A stretch of DNA of 64,000 nucleotides from an uncultured Fibrobacterota bacterium (GTDB lineage Bacteria > Fibrobacterota > Chitinivibrionia > Chitinivibrionales > FEN-1185): assembly GCA_963729895.1 (NCBI GenBank), contig CAVSQB010000028.1:32001-96000 (forward strand), in the 5' to 3' direction. The notes under the pieces are model-generated. The model worked only from the letters and a program-made list of their open reading frames with translations, did no database searches and had not been told where the DNA came from. Position numbers and translations under genes: made by a program. Of this stretch, positions 9,498 through 20,355 are shown one piece after another. Each line of letters starts with the position of its first letter. Positions within the stretch are counted from its first letter, which is position 1.

Positions 9498-10481
9498 TTA
9501 CCGGACCAGCAAAACGCGTCCTGACCCGGTCAAACCCTGATACCTGTATTTTACGATATAGAAACCATCAGAAACAGCATTCTTTGACTCGTCTTTCCCA
9601 TCCCACTCAACTTGATTGACTTCGGGGCCTTGATACACCCGTCTGATTTCACGTCCCCAAAGACTGAAAATCCTCACGTCCATTCTCCCATCATTTTCCG
9701 ACACGCCCGCGAACCGGATTGAAAGGCCCGAGCTGGCCGGCCGCGAATAAATCAGGCAACAGCGGGAAAGCTTTTGGTTCCTATTTAACTTAGGAGAATC
9801 ACGGAATGTTGATGCCATGCCGTCCGTGGCCGTATAACTGGTGAACCCGAAATCGGCGTTGGTGGTGCCGACCCCATAGTTAAAACCTATTCCCGGATTT
9901 CCCGTTGTATACATAGTGTCGGTCGCCTGGGCTACCAGATTCCCATTGACGTAGGCTTTAATCACATTCCCGGTAATTGTCGCCCGGACAACGTCTCCTG
10001 TAGCCACTCCGCAAGCCGCACCGGAGCATGAACCATCGGTATAGGTGAAATTTGCCGCCGGGCCGTTCCAACGGACGATCTGGGCATACGCCGCGCCGGT
10101 TTTTAGACACCGGAAATTCACCTCATAACCGGTAACGGAATGAGCGGCAATCGTTGTCCGCAGACGAAGCTCCACTTCCTGATACAAAGTACCGTTCGGA
10201 TCATTGCTATAAACAACCGCTGTTGCATCTTGGTCCGGGCCCCAATTTCCTGCCAGCGTGGCCGTTGGATCGGTATAACTTCCCGTGGTAACGTTTCCAT
10301 AAGCCTTCCCCGCCGCTGTTTCCACGTTGAACCAATCGAGACCGGTGGTTGCCCCGTTGATCCATTGTCCTCCCTCGGAAATCGGATTTTCCGTCAGGGG
10401 AAAAGAGGTTGAATAGGTCCTTGCCCCAACATTCATTCCCGTCGCAACGAGCAATGTCGTGATGGCAAGAAAGCATTTCAT
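9498..10481 (-). CDS. Secreted concanavalin/lectin-like protein with FlgD-Ig-like CTD
   Basis: Signal peptide; beta-rich core (IKAYVNG...TGNPGIG); WDGKDE...DGFYIV tail. Confidence 0.7.
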   Translation of the reverse strand: MKCFLAITTLLVATGMNVGARTYSTSFPLTENPISEGGQWINGATTGLDWFNVETAAGKAYGNVTTGSYTDPTATLAGNWGPDQDATAVVYSNDPNGTLYQEVELRLRTTIAAHSVTGYEVNFRCLKTGAAYAQIVRWNGPAANFTYTDGSCSGAACGVATGDVVRATITGNVIKAYVNGNLVAQATDTMYTTGNPGIGFNYGVGTTNADFGFTSYTATDGMASTFRDSPKLNRNQKLSRCCLIYSRPASSGLSIRFAGVSENDGRMDVRIFSLWGREIRRVYQGPEVNQVEWDGKDESKNAVSDGFYIVKYRYQGLTGSGRVLLVR

Positions 10482-10737
10482 TTGCTATCCTTTTGCAGAT
10501 AGTTCCACACGTTGTCACCAATAATGGGAATTGCCTGCGCACCGTCACTAATATATTCAATGCATTTTCTCTACCGTTACTAATCAACTTGAGAAGGACG
10601 GGGTATCGGCGGCCCCAAACCAAGCAACCCGGTGTACACGACGATTCAGGGAATTTGTATTGTTTCCCGAGTTCCAAAACAATCACCCCATCCATTTGTT
10701 TCACCCTTCTCCCGCTGCAGCGTATTTTCCTACCATC

Positions 10738-11709
10738 ATGATCACCCTTCCCATCACTCCCAATGACGCGAGCATGCGTCTAGACCGTTTCCTGCGCAAA
10801 CGCCTTCCCCTGCGTACCCTGTCCGACATCTACCGTATGATCCGCACCGGTTTTGCTCGCGTAAACGGCAAGCGCGTCAAGGAGAATTACCGTCTGCAGG
10901 AAGGCGACACGCTGGAACTTCGCATGGACGAAACGGAGCTTGCCACGGGAAAGGCGGAAAACGAAGAAGGGCTTGCCGAGCTTTCCAAGACAGAGTTCTT
11001 CCGCCGCAACCTCAAGATTGTCTACGAGGACGAGAGCCTTATTGCCTGCAACAAGCCACCCCACCTTGTCGTGCATTCCGGCACCGGTCACGAGAGTCAG
11101 GCAACGCTTATCGACCTCATCAAGAGCTACATGCTTGCAAAAGACAAGAAGGACGCGGATGCCGATCCTGTTCTCGTGCACCGGCTCGACCGCGATACCT
11201 CGGGCATTATTCTTGTTGCAAAGAACAAGGCTGTAGTGCGAAAGCTCCACACACTGTTGCGCGGCCACGATCTTACAAAGAAATATCTGGCCGTGTGCCA
11301 CGGCGCGCCGCCACAGCAGCAGGGTTCTGTCGAAGCAGACCTCATAAAAACGCTTGAACGCAACGAGGGCACCAAGATGAGGGTCGGCGAAAAGGGCCTG
11401 TATTCAAAGACGGAATACGCGGTGGCCAAGCGGGGAAATGATGTTTGCAAACTGGAACTCACTCTTGTGACGGGCCGAACGCACCAGATACGGGTGCACA
11501 TGGCGCATATCGGGTGCCCGGTGGTGGGTGATGTGCGGTACGGAGATGCACGCAAGGACCAGCGTCTGTTTTCGAAGAGCGGCGTGGTGAGGCGGCTGTA
11601 CCTCCATGCAGGAATGATCTCGTTTGTCCACCCAAACGACGGCAGGCGGCTTACGCTCACGGTGCCCGAGCCTGAGGAGTTTTCTGTGATCATGAAGACA
11701 GGTATGTGA
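10738..11709 (+). CDS. rluC: RluA-family pseudouridine synthase (RluC-like)
   Basis: S4 domain RLDRFLRK; HRLDRDTSG; TGRTHQIRVH; GD..YG; LHA. Confidence 0.88.
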   Translation: MITLPITPNDASMRLDRFLRKRLPLRTLSDIYRMIRTGFARVNGKRVKENYRLQEGDTLELRMDETELATGKAENEEGLAELSKTEFFRRNLKIVYEDESLIACNKPPHLVVHSGTGHESQATLIDLIKSYMLAKDKKDADADPVLVHRLDRDTSGIILVAKNKAVVRKLHTLLRGHDLTKKYLAVCHGAPPQQQGSVEADLIKTLERNEGTKMRVGEKGLYSKTEYAVAKRGNDVCKLELTLVTGRTHQIRVHMAHIGCPVVGDVRYGDARKDQRLFSKSGVVRRLYLHAGMISFVHPNDGRRLTLTVPEPEEFSVIMKTGM

Positions 11710-12758
11710 CACGTTCTTTTCGGTTTTTTTTGTTGAAGGGTAAATTGTGGAAGTGGTAAAATATCTGGGGGTTGGGTCCAAATAACTTTTCATGCGGGGA
11801 AGTTTCCCCCTCGCTTCAGACTCCTCGGCCTTTGGCCTGAGGAGTCTTTCGCTACCCCCTCCTGGGTGCACCCCTAGCAGGGTGTTGAAAAAGTCTCCCT
11901 TTTGTAAACATTTATCCTTATATTATAGGGGAACCCCAACCAAGGAGTATTGATGAGAGGTTCCCAGCCAGCCCAAGGCGGTATGTTCAGCTTCGTTTCT
12001 CCGGATTCCCGAGTGCCGGCAACACACCCGCTTCGTCGTGTCAAACAGTTTACGGACATAGCGCTGCGCCGCCTTTCTCGTGACTTTGAGGCGATGTACA
12101 GCCGGATGGGACGCCCTTCGATACCGCCGGAATGGCTTTTGAAAGCACAGATATTGATGGCTTTGTTTTCGATACGGTCGGACCGGTTGTTTTGCGAGAT
12201 GCTGGACTATAACATTCTGTTCCGATGGTTTCTTGACATGGATCTGGATGCGGCATCGTTTGATCATAGTGTGTTTTCGAAGAACCGAGATCGACTTATG
12301 GAACAGGAGATTGCGCACCGGCTGATGCAGGAAATCGTGCGTCTTGCTCGTTCCGAAGAGTTGTTGTCCGATGAGCATTTCACGGTTGACGGCACGTTGA
12401 TTGAAGCCTGGGCATCGATGAAGAGCTTCAAGCGAAAAGACGCGGAATCGGCGAACAAGACTGACGATGATCGGAGTAATCCGTCGGTTGATTTCCACCA
12501 TGAGAAGCGAAGCAATGAGACACATCAGAGTTCGACCGATCCAGAGGCGCGGTTGGCTCGGAAGAACAAGAGAACGGGAGCGCAGCTGGCGTATTCCGGT
12601 CACGTGCTGATGGAAAACCGAAATGGGTTGTGTGTTGATATCGCCATTGCGCCAGCGACGGGGACAGCGGAACGGGATATGGCGCTTGAGCTGATAAAGC
12701 ATGAACGCAGGCGCGGAAAACGCCGGATGAAGACGGTGGGTGCAGACAAAGGGTATCA

Positions 12759-14401
12759 CCTAAATCCGTGAGAAAAACTTTGGCATTTTGATGATTTTTC
12801 GTGTAGATTAAGGGTGAATGGTGCTTGACTAAATGGCAGTTCACATTATTCACCCGGAAGGTGTCATGCCAAAGCCGAGAAAGTTGATAATCACGGAGAC
12901 GGACGAGTTTCTGACCAGCCATGGTGGAATGGCAATGATCGGGATGCTTGCGGAGCGATCCGGTTTGCGCGAGCGTGTTTCGCAGGTTACTCCGGACAAG
13001 AAGAGCGGGAGTATAAGCACCGCGGACGCGCTGCTGACCATGACGGGGCTTTTGTGTCTTGCCAAACCAGACTTTGACGGGGTCGAGCAGTTTCGTGAAG
13101 ACGACTATTTTCAGGAGATGCTTGGATTGAAAGCGGTTCCTTCCGAGGCTACACTGCGGCAGCGAATGGACGAAACGGGCCTGACCGTTCAAAACGCAGT
13201 CCTTTCCGCTTCGGCGTCCCTGTTGAAAAAAGCAGCGCCACGGCTCACCGCCTGCTTTGGACCGTATATTCCGATTGACGCTGACGTATCTCCTTTTGAC
13301 AACAGTGGTTCTCATAAGGAAGGCGTAAGCTGCACGTACAAGTTGTTCGAGGGATATTCTCCGATGCTTGCCTACATAGGCGTGGAAGGCTACCTGCTGA
13401 ACGCGGAGTTGCGCGAAGGGAAACAACATTGCCAGGAAGGAACTCCGGAGTTTCTGCGCAAGACCATAGCCCTTGCTCGAAAAATAACGGATCGTTCGAT
13501 CCTTGTGCGTCTTGATGCCGGACATGACGATATTGAAAACATGCGAGTCTGCCGCAAGGAAAAGGTCGATTACATAATCAAACGGAACATACGCAGGGAA
13601 TCTATTGACGAATGGCTCGTGGATGCTCAAGCGCTCGGTGACTGGCGTCATCCTCGTGAAGGCAAGACCGTGTACGTTGGTGAGACAATACGGGAAAGAA
13701 ACGGCGAAAACATGCGCGTTGTGTTCGAGGTGATCGAACGGACAATCGACCGCGACGGAAACGCCTTGCTGCTGCCGGATGTAGAGGTTCACACGTGGTG
13801 GACGAGCCTGAGCAGACGCAACGCCGGCCCGGACGACGTTATTGCAGCGTACCGGGATCATGGCACCAGCGAGCAGTTTCACTCGGAGCTGAAGAGTGAT
13901 ATGGCGCTGGAGCGGCTTCCCAGCGGGAAGTTCACGACCAACGCATTGGTGTTGACGTTGGCGGTTCTTGCGTTCAACATGCTGCGGCTCTGCGGCCAAG
14001 TTGGAATCGACAAGGGGTACGTGCCGCGTAAGAAAGTTGCACGCCGGAGATTGCGGAAGGTCATTCAGGATCTTATGTACATAGCAGCACGCGTGATAAC
14101 GCATGCCCGCCGGTTGATGCTTGCCCTGTCGCGGCGGAATCAACTCCGCATAGCGTGGACGCAAACGTATCTGGCGTTCGCCACGGATGGCTGACCTAAG
14201 GAGAGCAATAAACGGAAATAGACCCGTAACCAAACAAACGTCGCCACCGACACGTTGAGTGTATTTGTCAACCATGGGGTCAGAAGCGCAAATCATAGTG
14301 GAATCACCCCGGCAACAACTTATCAAGAAGCCTTAGCAACCATATTCGTTCTTGTCAACGCCGTCAATTTGTTTTTAATAACCTTATCTCACGGAATCAG
14401 G
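12759..14401 (+). mobile_element. IS1380-family insertion sequence
   Basis: TIRs CCTAAATCCGTGAGA / rc CCTGATTCCGTGAGA (13/15); 5-bp TSD TATCA at 12754-12758 and 14402-14406. Confidence 0.92.
12833..14194 (+). CDS. IS1380-family transposase
   Basis: LTSHGG, IDADVS, VRLDAG, YRDHGTSEQFHSELKSD and LPSGKF..N motifs. Confidence 0.92.
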   Translation: MAVHIIHPEGVMPKPRKLIITETDEFLTSHGGMAMIGMLAERSGLRERVSQVTPDKKSGSISTADALLTMTGLLCLAKPDFDGVEQFREDDYFQEMLGLKAVPSEATLRQRMDETGLTVQNAVLSASASLLKKAAPRLTACFGPYIPIDADVSPFDNSGSHKEGVSCTYKLFEGYSPMLAYIGVEGYLLNAELREGKQHCQEGTPEFLRKTIALARKITDRSILVRLDAGHDDIENMRVCRKEKVDYIIKRNIRRESIDEWLVDAQALGDWRHPREGKTVYVGETIRERNGENMRVVFEVIERTIDRDGNALLLPDVEVHTWWTSLSRRNAGPDDVIAAYRDHGTSEQFHSELKSDMALERLPSGKFTTNALVLTLAVLAFNMLRLCGQVGIDKGYVPRKKVARRRLRKVIQDLMYIAARVITHARRLMLALSRRNQLRIAWTQTYLAFATDG

Positions 14402-15187
14402 TATCATGCAACCGAATTTATCAAGAGCCTGCGACGCCTGCACGTGAAGCCTCACATTGCCGAGAAGGCCAACACTTCGCTTAAAGGGTTGGATGGAAGA
14501 ACGACTCGGCATAAGGGATACAGCGTAAGTCAACGGAAACGAAAACGGGTTGAAGAGATATTTGGGTGGATCAAGAGCGTCGGTGGCCTGCGGAAAACTC
14601 GGGTAAGAGGAATACGAATCAACCAGACTGTTGCCTACGTGGTTGCCGCAGCGTACAACTTGATACGCATGGTTAAGTTGATGCCGCAAACGGTGGGGGC
14701 AGCATGAGAATGGCCTGGGAATCCGGGGAAATGCCTCGGAACGAGGCAGGTAAAACCTCTCTGACATATGTAAAGTTGAAGTTAGGTTCATAAAAAATCA
14801 ACAAGAGCGCTTCTGTTAGGACTATTTCAACAACCTGCTAGAGAGAGTAGATGCAAGAGTCAAGCTCCGGTTGTGGGGGGGCACCCACGAGCGTTTTATT
14901 GAGAAGTGAAGACGCGGGTCTTGATTATTGCGCTTAAAGCAGTCGGGACCGACAACAGGCAGTTGATCTTTTCCTTTGTGTTTCTCGCTTTGATAGGTTG
15001 GTTGTTAATCGGAATCGGTGTTGACATTTTTCTTTGTATTCGCGTTAGGCAGGACTGGAGTAGTCCCGCCAAAACGGGATTGCCGGCCGCTCCCGCCGTC
15101 AGGCATAGGGGCGATCCGGCAACGAGGCCGATAGGCTGAGCCCGGAAGGAGGGCCGACCCCGCGACGCGGGGTAACGGCCATTTTAA

Positions 15188-16481
15188 GGGGACCTCTAAA
15201 AATTGCCTAATTTGCCCAATTAATGCTTGACAAAGGCTATTTCGTCAATTATTTTAATTCCAGACAACAAACCTGCGAACCCACTACCGTCTGGAGGATA
15301 TTGCGATGGGACAGATAGGCCTTTTTGACCTTGAGAATCGCCTTTCCGAGCTTTCCGAAATGGGAGACCCTCTTGAAACCATCAATCGGGCCATACGTTG
15401 GAAGAGTTTTCGTCCTGTTATTGACAAGGCTTTTCGCAAGGAACGGAAGAGCAACGCCGGTCGTCCACCGTACGATTATATCCTGATGTTCAAGATTCTC
15501 GTGTTGCAGACGATGTATGGGCTTTCCGATGCGCAAACCCAGTTTCAGATTCTGGACCGATTGACGTTCAAACGGTTTCTTGAACTCACTTCCGAGGATA
15601 GCATTCCCGACGAGAAAACGGTCTGGTTGTTTCGGGAAACGCTGACACAAGCAGGCGTTGTCAAGAAGCTGTTTGACCTGTTCGGTCGTCAGTTGAACGA
15701 AGCGGGTTACACTGCCCAGAAAGGCCAAATAATAGATGCGAGTTTTGTCGAGGTACCTCGCCAGAGAAACACGCGGGAGGAGAATAAAGAAATCAAGAAC
15801 GGGGGCACGCCGCAGGAATGGGAAAAGCACCCTGAGAAACTTCGTCAGAAAGATGTTGATGCGCGATGGACGAAGAAGAACGATCAGACGTTTTTTGGCT
15901 ACAAGAACCATGCGTCGGTAGACGCGAAGCATAAAATCATTCGAGACTATGCGGCGACATCCGCAGAAGTGCACGACTCCAATATGCTTGAACCTCTCCT
16001 TAATCCTGAGAACACGAACGCGGACGTGTTTGCCGACAGCGCGTATCATTCGGAAAAGGCGGAACAAAGGCTTGATTATCTCTGGTACAGAAGCAAAATA
16101 TGTGTCAAAGGGACTCGTGGCGCACCATTGACGGAAGCACAATTGGCACAGAACCGGAAGAAATCCAAAGTCAGATCGCGTATAGAACATGTGTTTGCTC
16201 AAATAGAAATCATGTTTCGTGGCAGGATCAGGTGTATCGGGCGGCTGAGGGCCGCGGCGAAGATAGGACTCCTGAACCTGGTTTACAACATAAAACGCTT
16301 TGCATATCTTGAGTGCCACGCCTGAAAAGCGGGACAGGACCGCACAAGGCCCCCAAAGGGACCGAAAAAAGAACAGTTTTGGGCACCTATCAGACAAATA
16401 GACGCCCTGACATCGCGAAATAATACTATCTGTCAACATGATCTTGGAATCTACTATTTTACAGAATTTTTAGAGGTCCCC
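15188..16481 (+). mobile_element. IS5-family insertion sequence (intact)
   Basis: Perfect 17-bp TIRs GGGGACCTCTAAAAATT; TTAA duplicated at 15184-15187 and 16482-16485. Confidence 0.95.
15306..16325 (+). CDS. IS5-family transposase
   Basis: GRPPYD, IIDASFV, DVDARWTKK, FGYKNH, ADSAY and RSRIEHVF motifs. Confidence 0.95.
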   Translation: MGQIGLFDLENRLSELSEMGDPLETINRAIRWKSFRPVIDKAFRKERKSNAGRPPYDYILMFKILVLQTMYGLSDAQTQFQILDRLTFKRFLELTSEDSIPDEKTVWLFRETLTQAGVVKKLFDLFGRQLNEAGYTAQKGQIIDASFVEVPRQRNTREENKEIKNGGTPQEWEKHPEKLRQKDVDARWTKKNDQTFFGYKNHASVDAKHKIIRDYAATSAEVHDSNMLEPLLNPENTNADVFADSAYHSEKAEQRLDYLWYRSKICVKGTRGAPLTEAQLAQNRKKSKVRSRIEHVFAQIEIMFRGRIRCIGRLRAAAKIGLLNLVYNIKRFAYLECHA

Positions 16482-16506
16482 TTAAGAAAGAATAAAAGAA
16501 ACCAGT

Positions 16507-19275
16507 ATGTCCCTCCCGGAAACCTCAAAAAACATCCAGAAATCCTTTGACAAAGGGAAGCTCAAGATTCACAATCTGCTTCCCTCGCTTGAGCGGACCT
16601 ACCTTGCCATCGGCTCCGTTATCGGCAAGTACCGCATCATCGAGGAGATCGACCGCGGAGGAATGGCGGTGGTGTACAAGGCCCTGCAGCTCGATCTCGA
16701 CCGCGAAGTGGCGCTCAAGGTGCTGCCGGCCAACATCACCATCAACCGGCGGTTCGTCGACCGCTTCCTGTCCGAGGCCCACGCGGTTGCCAAACTCACC
16801 CATCCGAGCATCGTGAACATCCACGAAGTGGCGGTGGAAAACAACGTGTACTACCTGGCCATGGATTACATCCCGGGCGTCAACCTCTACTACCACCTCA
16901 ACTACCAAAAGCCCAAGCTCATCGAGGTACTCGAAATCACGGCAAAGCTGGCCGACGCGCTCGGGTACGCGCACCGTCAGAAAATCGTGCATCGCGACCT
17001 CAAGCTCAACAACGTCATCATGAAAGACAACGTAACGCCCGTGCTCATCGACTTCGGGCTGGCAAAGGCGCTGGAGAGCGAGGAGGGCACCATCACCAAG
17101 ACGGGCGAGATCATGGGATCGCCCGCGTACATGGCGCCGGAGCGGCTGTTCGGCACCGGGTCCGACGCACGCAGCGACATCTGTTCGCTGGGGATTATGC
17201 TGTACGAGATGTTGACATTCAAGAACCCCTATCTCGACCCGCGCAGCATTCACCAGACGACCTTGAACGTGATAGAGGCTAACCCGATACCGCCCCGCAA
17301 GCTCGTGATGTGGCTGCCGCCGGAGATAGAGTCCATTACCCTCAAGGCCATGCACAAAGACCCGGACAAGCGCTACCAGACCATGGAAGAGTTTGCCGAG
17401 GACGTACGGCGGTATCAGCATGGCGAACCGGTGCTTGCCAACCCGCCCTCGCTATGGATAAAAGCGAAACATTTCCTCCGCCGGCGCTGGCCGTTTGTAT
17501 CCATTTTCTTCCTGCTCGCGCTCTTTGCCGGGGTATTCACGTATCTTGGCTACGCCCAGTCGAAAAAGGAACGGCCCTACTGGCAAATCATGTATCAGAA
17601 ACGTTTCGTCGGCCTTGCCATAGGCGACGAATGGTCGCAGTACCCGGGCGTGTCGGACAGGAACGAAGGCTGGTCTGTCAAGAACAACGAGCTCCTGTCG
17701 CCCGCCGGGCCGTCGTTCATCAGGCTCGACCGTCCCGTCACCCGCGATGCGCGCGTGGAATTTGACCTGCGGAGCGTTGGGAACAATTTCTACAACGCGG
17801 GGTTCTTCCTCTACGGTTCCAGCCCCGACTCGGGATACGGATTCCATCTGTTCCAAGGGCCATCTGCCGAGTGCGGGATTACGTTCCCGGGCGACACCTA
17901 CCTGTTTTCCGATTACAACCCGCTCGAACTTGTGCCGGCAAAGCGGTTCCACGTGACCATAGAGCGCAAGGAAAACGTGATCACCTTCAAACTCAACGAG
18001 ATGCTCATCGCCAGGATCTGCGACTTTTTTCCGCCGCTCGGCGCCGATCACCAGACAATGGGTTTCTTTGTGGACGGTTCGCGATGTGCAATTGAAAACA
18101 TTAGGATATACCGGTATGCCATTCCCATGATGCCGAGCCCCACGCTCATTGCGGACCGGTTCGCGGAGCGCGGCGCAATCGAGACCGCCATAGATGAATA
18201 CAACGAGCTGCTTATGGATTTTTCCACGCAGCCGATTGCCCAGGACATCGATCTACGGATTGCGGAGTGCTATATTCGTCTTGGCAAATACGACAAGGCC
18301 GAAGACGTCCTGAGGAGCCCGCAGCTCAAGTGGAACAACGAACAAACACGCTCAAGGGCGCTGTATCTCTCCGGCGTCATTGAGGAGCGGCGGGGCAATT
18401 CGCTGTCTGCCGACAGCGCCTTTCTGGCCATCGGAAGCGGTCCGGGTTCGAGCCTGCTGTTCGGGTCGGCAATGTTCACCGTGGCGCGGGAGATCGTCGG
18501 CTTGGTGAAGAAGGGTGACGAGGCCGCCGCCGAGCGCAAGCTCGTGTTCCTGACGCAGAAATTCCCGAAATACTCGCGGCTGTTCGGCAGGCTCCACCTT
18601 GCGGTCCTGGAGCAGTACATGGCGCAGGGTGCGGTGGACCGTGCGATCGAAACCGGACTTGCCATTATAAAGCTCCACGCTGAGGACAGCGAAATCATTT
18701 CTCTTGCAAAAGTAAAACTCAGCGAATTGTACATGGTCAAAAACAGAAGAGGGGCGGCGGTCGACTTGCTGAACCAGTGCATCGCCTCCTACGTGCCTAC
18801 CCAGGGACTATGGCTGGCCTGGATGGAGCTGGCGTCGATTTACGAGTACGACGCGAACTACACCGACGCCTACACCACCTACCGGAAAGTGTTCGAGGAT
18901 TGTCCCAAATCGCTGGTTATCGCCTGGCTCGCGCGGGTGAAGATGGGAGAGCTGGCCGACCGTGCCGCGAGCGCGGAGTTGCCAAAGGGGATTTTTGAAG
19001 ATGTGATAAGGAGCCCGCATCCGTTTGTGGTCCCGCGCATCATTGCGCAGTATTATCGCGGCCTGCTGACGAATGATGAGTTCAGGGCATGCTGGAATAC
19101 CCTGTATCCGGACGACAGCGGCTATCTCTTCTGTTTTGTTAAGAAGGCCGTATTCGACCGCCAATGGGAAAACGCCCGGGAATTTCTCGATGAACTCGAA
19201 GATGCTCTCCCGCAAGCCTCTTGGGAGCTTATGCAGGCGGCCGCGTATCAGGGGATCGTGCACAAGCATATGTGA
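16507..19275 (+). CDS. Hanks-type Ser/Thr protein kinase with TM segment and C-terminal beta-sandwich/TPR region
   Basis: RGGMAVVY, VALK, HRDLKLNN, DFG and YMAPE motifs; hydrophobic helix FVSIFFLLALFAGVF; TPR-like helices. Confidence 0.92.
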   Translation: MSLPETSKNIQKSFDKGKLKIHNLLPSLERTYLAIGSVIGKYRIIEEIDRGGMAVVYKALQLDLDREVALKVLPANITINRRFVDRFLSEAHAVAKLTHPSIVNIHEVAVENNVYYLAMDYIPGVNLYYHLNYQKPKLIEVLEITAKLADALGYAHRQKIVHRDLKLNNVIMKDNVTPVLIDFGLAKALESEEGTITKTGEIMGSPAYMAPERLFGTGSDARSDICSLGIMLYEMLTFKNPYLDPRSIHQTTLNVIEANPIPPRKLVMWLPPEIESITLKAMHKDPDKRYQTMEEFAEDVRRYQHGEPVLANPPSLWIKAKHFLRRRWPFVSIFFLLALFAGVFTYLGYAQSKKERPYWQIMYQKRFVGLAIGDEWSQYPGVSDRNEGWSVKNNELLSPAGPSFIRLDRPVTRDARVEFDLRSVGNNFYNAGFFLYGSSPDSGYGFHLFQGPSAECGITFPGDTYLFSDYNPLELVPAKRFHVTIERKENVITFKLNEMLIARICDFFPPLGADHQTMGFFVDGSRCAIENIRIYRYAIPMMPSPTLIADRFAERGAIETAIDEYNELLMDFSTQPIAQDIDLRIAECYIRLGKYDKAEDVLRSPQLKWNNEQTRSRALYLSGVIEERRGNSLSADSAFLAIGSGPGSSLLFGSAMFTVAREIVGLVKKGDEAAAERKLVFLTQKFPKYSRLFGRLHLAVLEQYMAQGAVDRAIETGLAIIKLHAEDSEIISLAKVKLSELYMVKNRRGAAVDLLNQCIASYVPTQGLWLAWMELASIYEYDANYTDAYTTYRKVFEDCPKSLVIAWLARVKMGELADRAASAELPKGIFEDVIRSPHPFVVPRIIAQYYRGLLTNDEFRACWNTLYPDDSGYLFCFVKKAVFDRQWENAREFLDELEDALPQASWELMQAAAYQGIVHKHM

Positions 19276-19479
19276 AGCAGGGTGTTTTTTGGCCTTTGGG
19301 AAAAAAGTCGCCACGGAGGCGCGGAGGGCACTCCTCGTCCACCGCGGCAAGGCATTCCTTTCCTTCGGTTCATTCCCGTACTTGGACAAAACCACTATTC
19401 CATAATAAAGGCTTGCTCCCTAAAATCGTCTTTGGTTATTTTATACGTTCTCTAGCAACCATAAACCCGTGTCAGGACA

Positions 19480-20355
19480 ATGTTTCGCGATTTTATTTCA
19501 GGCAAGAAATATGTAGACCTGCACATTCACACGAAGTTTTCAGACGGAACGCATCCGGTAGAGGAGATAGTGGAGGCCGCTTCGGTCAAGAAGCTCAAGG
19601 CCATTTCCATTACAGACCACGACTGCATCGATGCGTACCCGATTGCCCAGGATCTTGGCGCTACGTGCGGCATAGAAATCATCCCGGGCGTGGAACTTTC
19701 GAGCGAAATAAGCGGGTCGGATATCCACATACTTGGGTATTTTCTGGATATTCGCAACCCGCAGCTCATCACAAAGCTCGCCGAATTGAAAAAGGCTCGT
19801 TACAACCGCGCAGAAAGAATCGTTGAGAACTTGAACCGCCAGGGCGTTGACCTTCGTTTCGAGACCGTGCTTAACATTGCGGGAAACGCGTCGATCGGCC
19901 GGCCGCATATCGCAGCCGCGCTTCTCAAGGAGGAACTCGTGTACTCGTTCCGCGAGGCCTTCGACAAACTCATCGGCTACGATTCTCCGGCCTACGTTGA
20001 GAAACTCAGCATGCAGCCCGAAGAGGTCTTCCGTCTCATCCTCGGCGCGGGTGGCATCCCGGTGCTGGCGCACCCCGGCGTGACCAAAGTTGACGAACGC
20101 ATACCGCAGTTCATCCGCGAAGGGCTCCTGGGCATTGAGGTGTTTCACTCGGAACACGGCGACGCCGCAGAGCGCTTCTACCTCCAGTATTGCCGGAAGC
20201 ACGGCCTCGCCTACACCGGCGGGTCCGATTTCCATAACGGGAACCAGAGCAAGTCGGAAATCGGCGTTCCCAAGGTTCCCTACAGCGCCGTGGAAAGCCT
20301 CAGGGAGAAACTTGCCGGGCTCTCACCCTCGATTTCCCGCAACGCAACCGCATGA
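19480..20355 (+). CDS. PHP-domain phosphoesterase (YciV/TrpH-like)
   Basis: DLHIHT..SDG, ITDHD, PGVELS, HILGY, LAHPG and GGSDFH motifs. Confidence 0.9.
   Translation: MFRDFISGKKYVDLHIHTKFSDGTHPVEEIVEAASVKKLKAISITDHDCIDAYPIAQDLGATCGIEIIPGVELSSEISGSDIHILGYFLDIRNPQLITKLAELKKARYNRAERIVENLNRQGVDLRFETVLNIAGNASIGRPHIAAALLKEELVYSFREAFDKLIGYDSPAYVEKLSMQPEEVFRLILGAGGIPVLAHPGVTKVDERIPQFIREGLLGIEVFHSEHGDAAERFYLQYCRKHGLAYTGGSDFHNGNQSKSEIGVPKVPYSAVESLREKLAGLSPSISRNATA

Larger units (their letters stand above)
11953..14707 (+). pseudogene. IS5-type DDE transposase split by the IS1380 insertion
   Basis: N-part 11953..12758 (GRPSIPPE, VDGTLIEAWAS, GADKGY); C-part 14402..14707 (RKRVEEIFGWIK); removing the IS1380 and one TATCA restores GADKGYHATEF in frame. 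Confidence 0.9.
11878..14837 (+). mobile_element. IS5-family-type insertion sequence interrupted by an IS1380
   Basis: 18-bp TIRs CAGGGTGTTGAAAAAGTC / rc CAGGTTGTTGAAATAGTC (16/18); CTAG at 11874-11877 and 14838-14841. Confidence 0.9.

Noticed and set aside
12428..14326. 632-aa minus-strand ORF
   Set aside because: Antisense shadow of the IS1380 and IS5 transposases; no motifs
14906..15139. 77-aa ORF with a hydrophobic stretch
   Set aside because: Weak start; T-rich promoter-like DNA explains the hydrophobicity; overlaps the structured region. Not fully excluded
15130..15156. SRP RNA-like CCGGAAGG loop
   Set aside because: Lacks the CAGG/AGCA internal loop and the long closing helix
15249..16439. 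396-aa minus-strand ORF
   Set aside because: Antisense to the intact IS5 transposase
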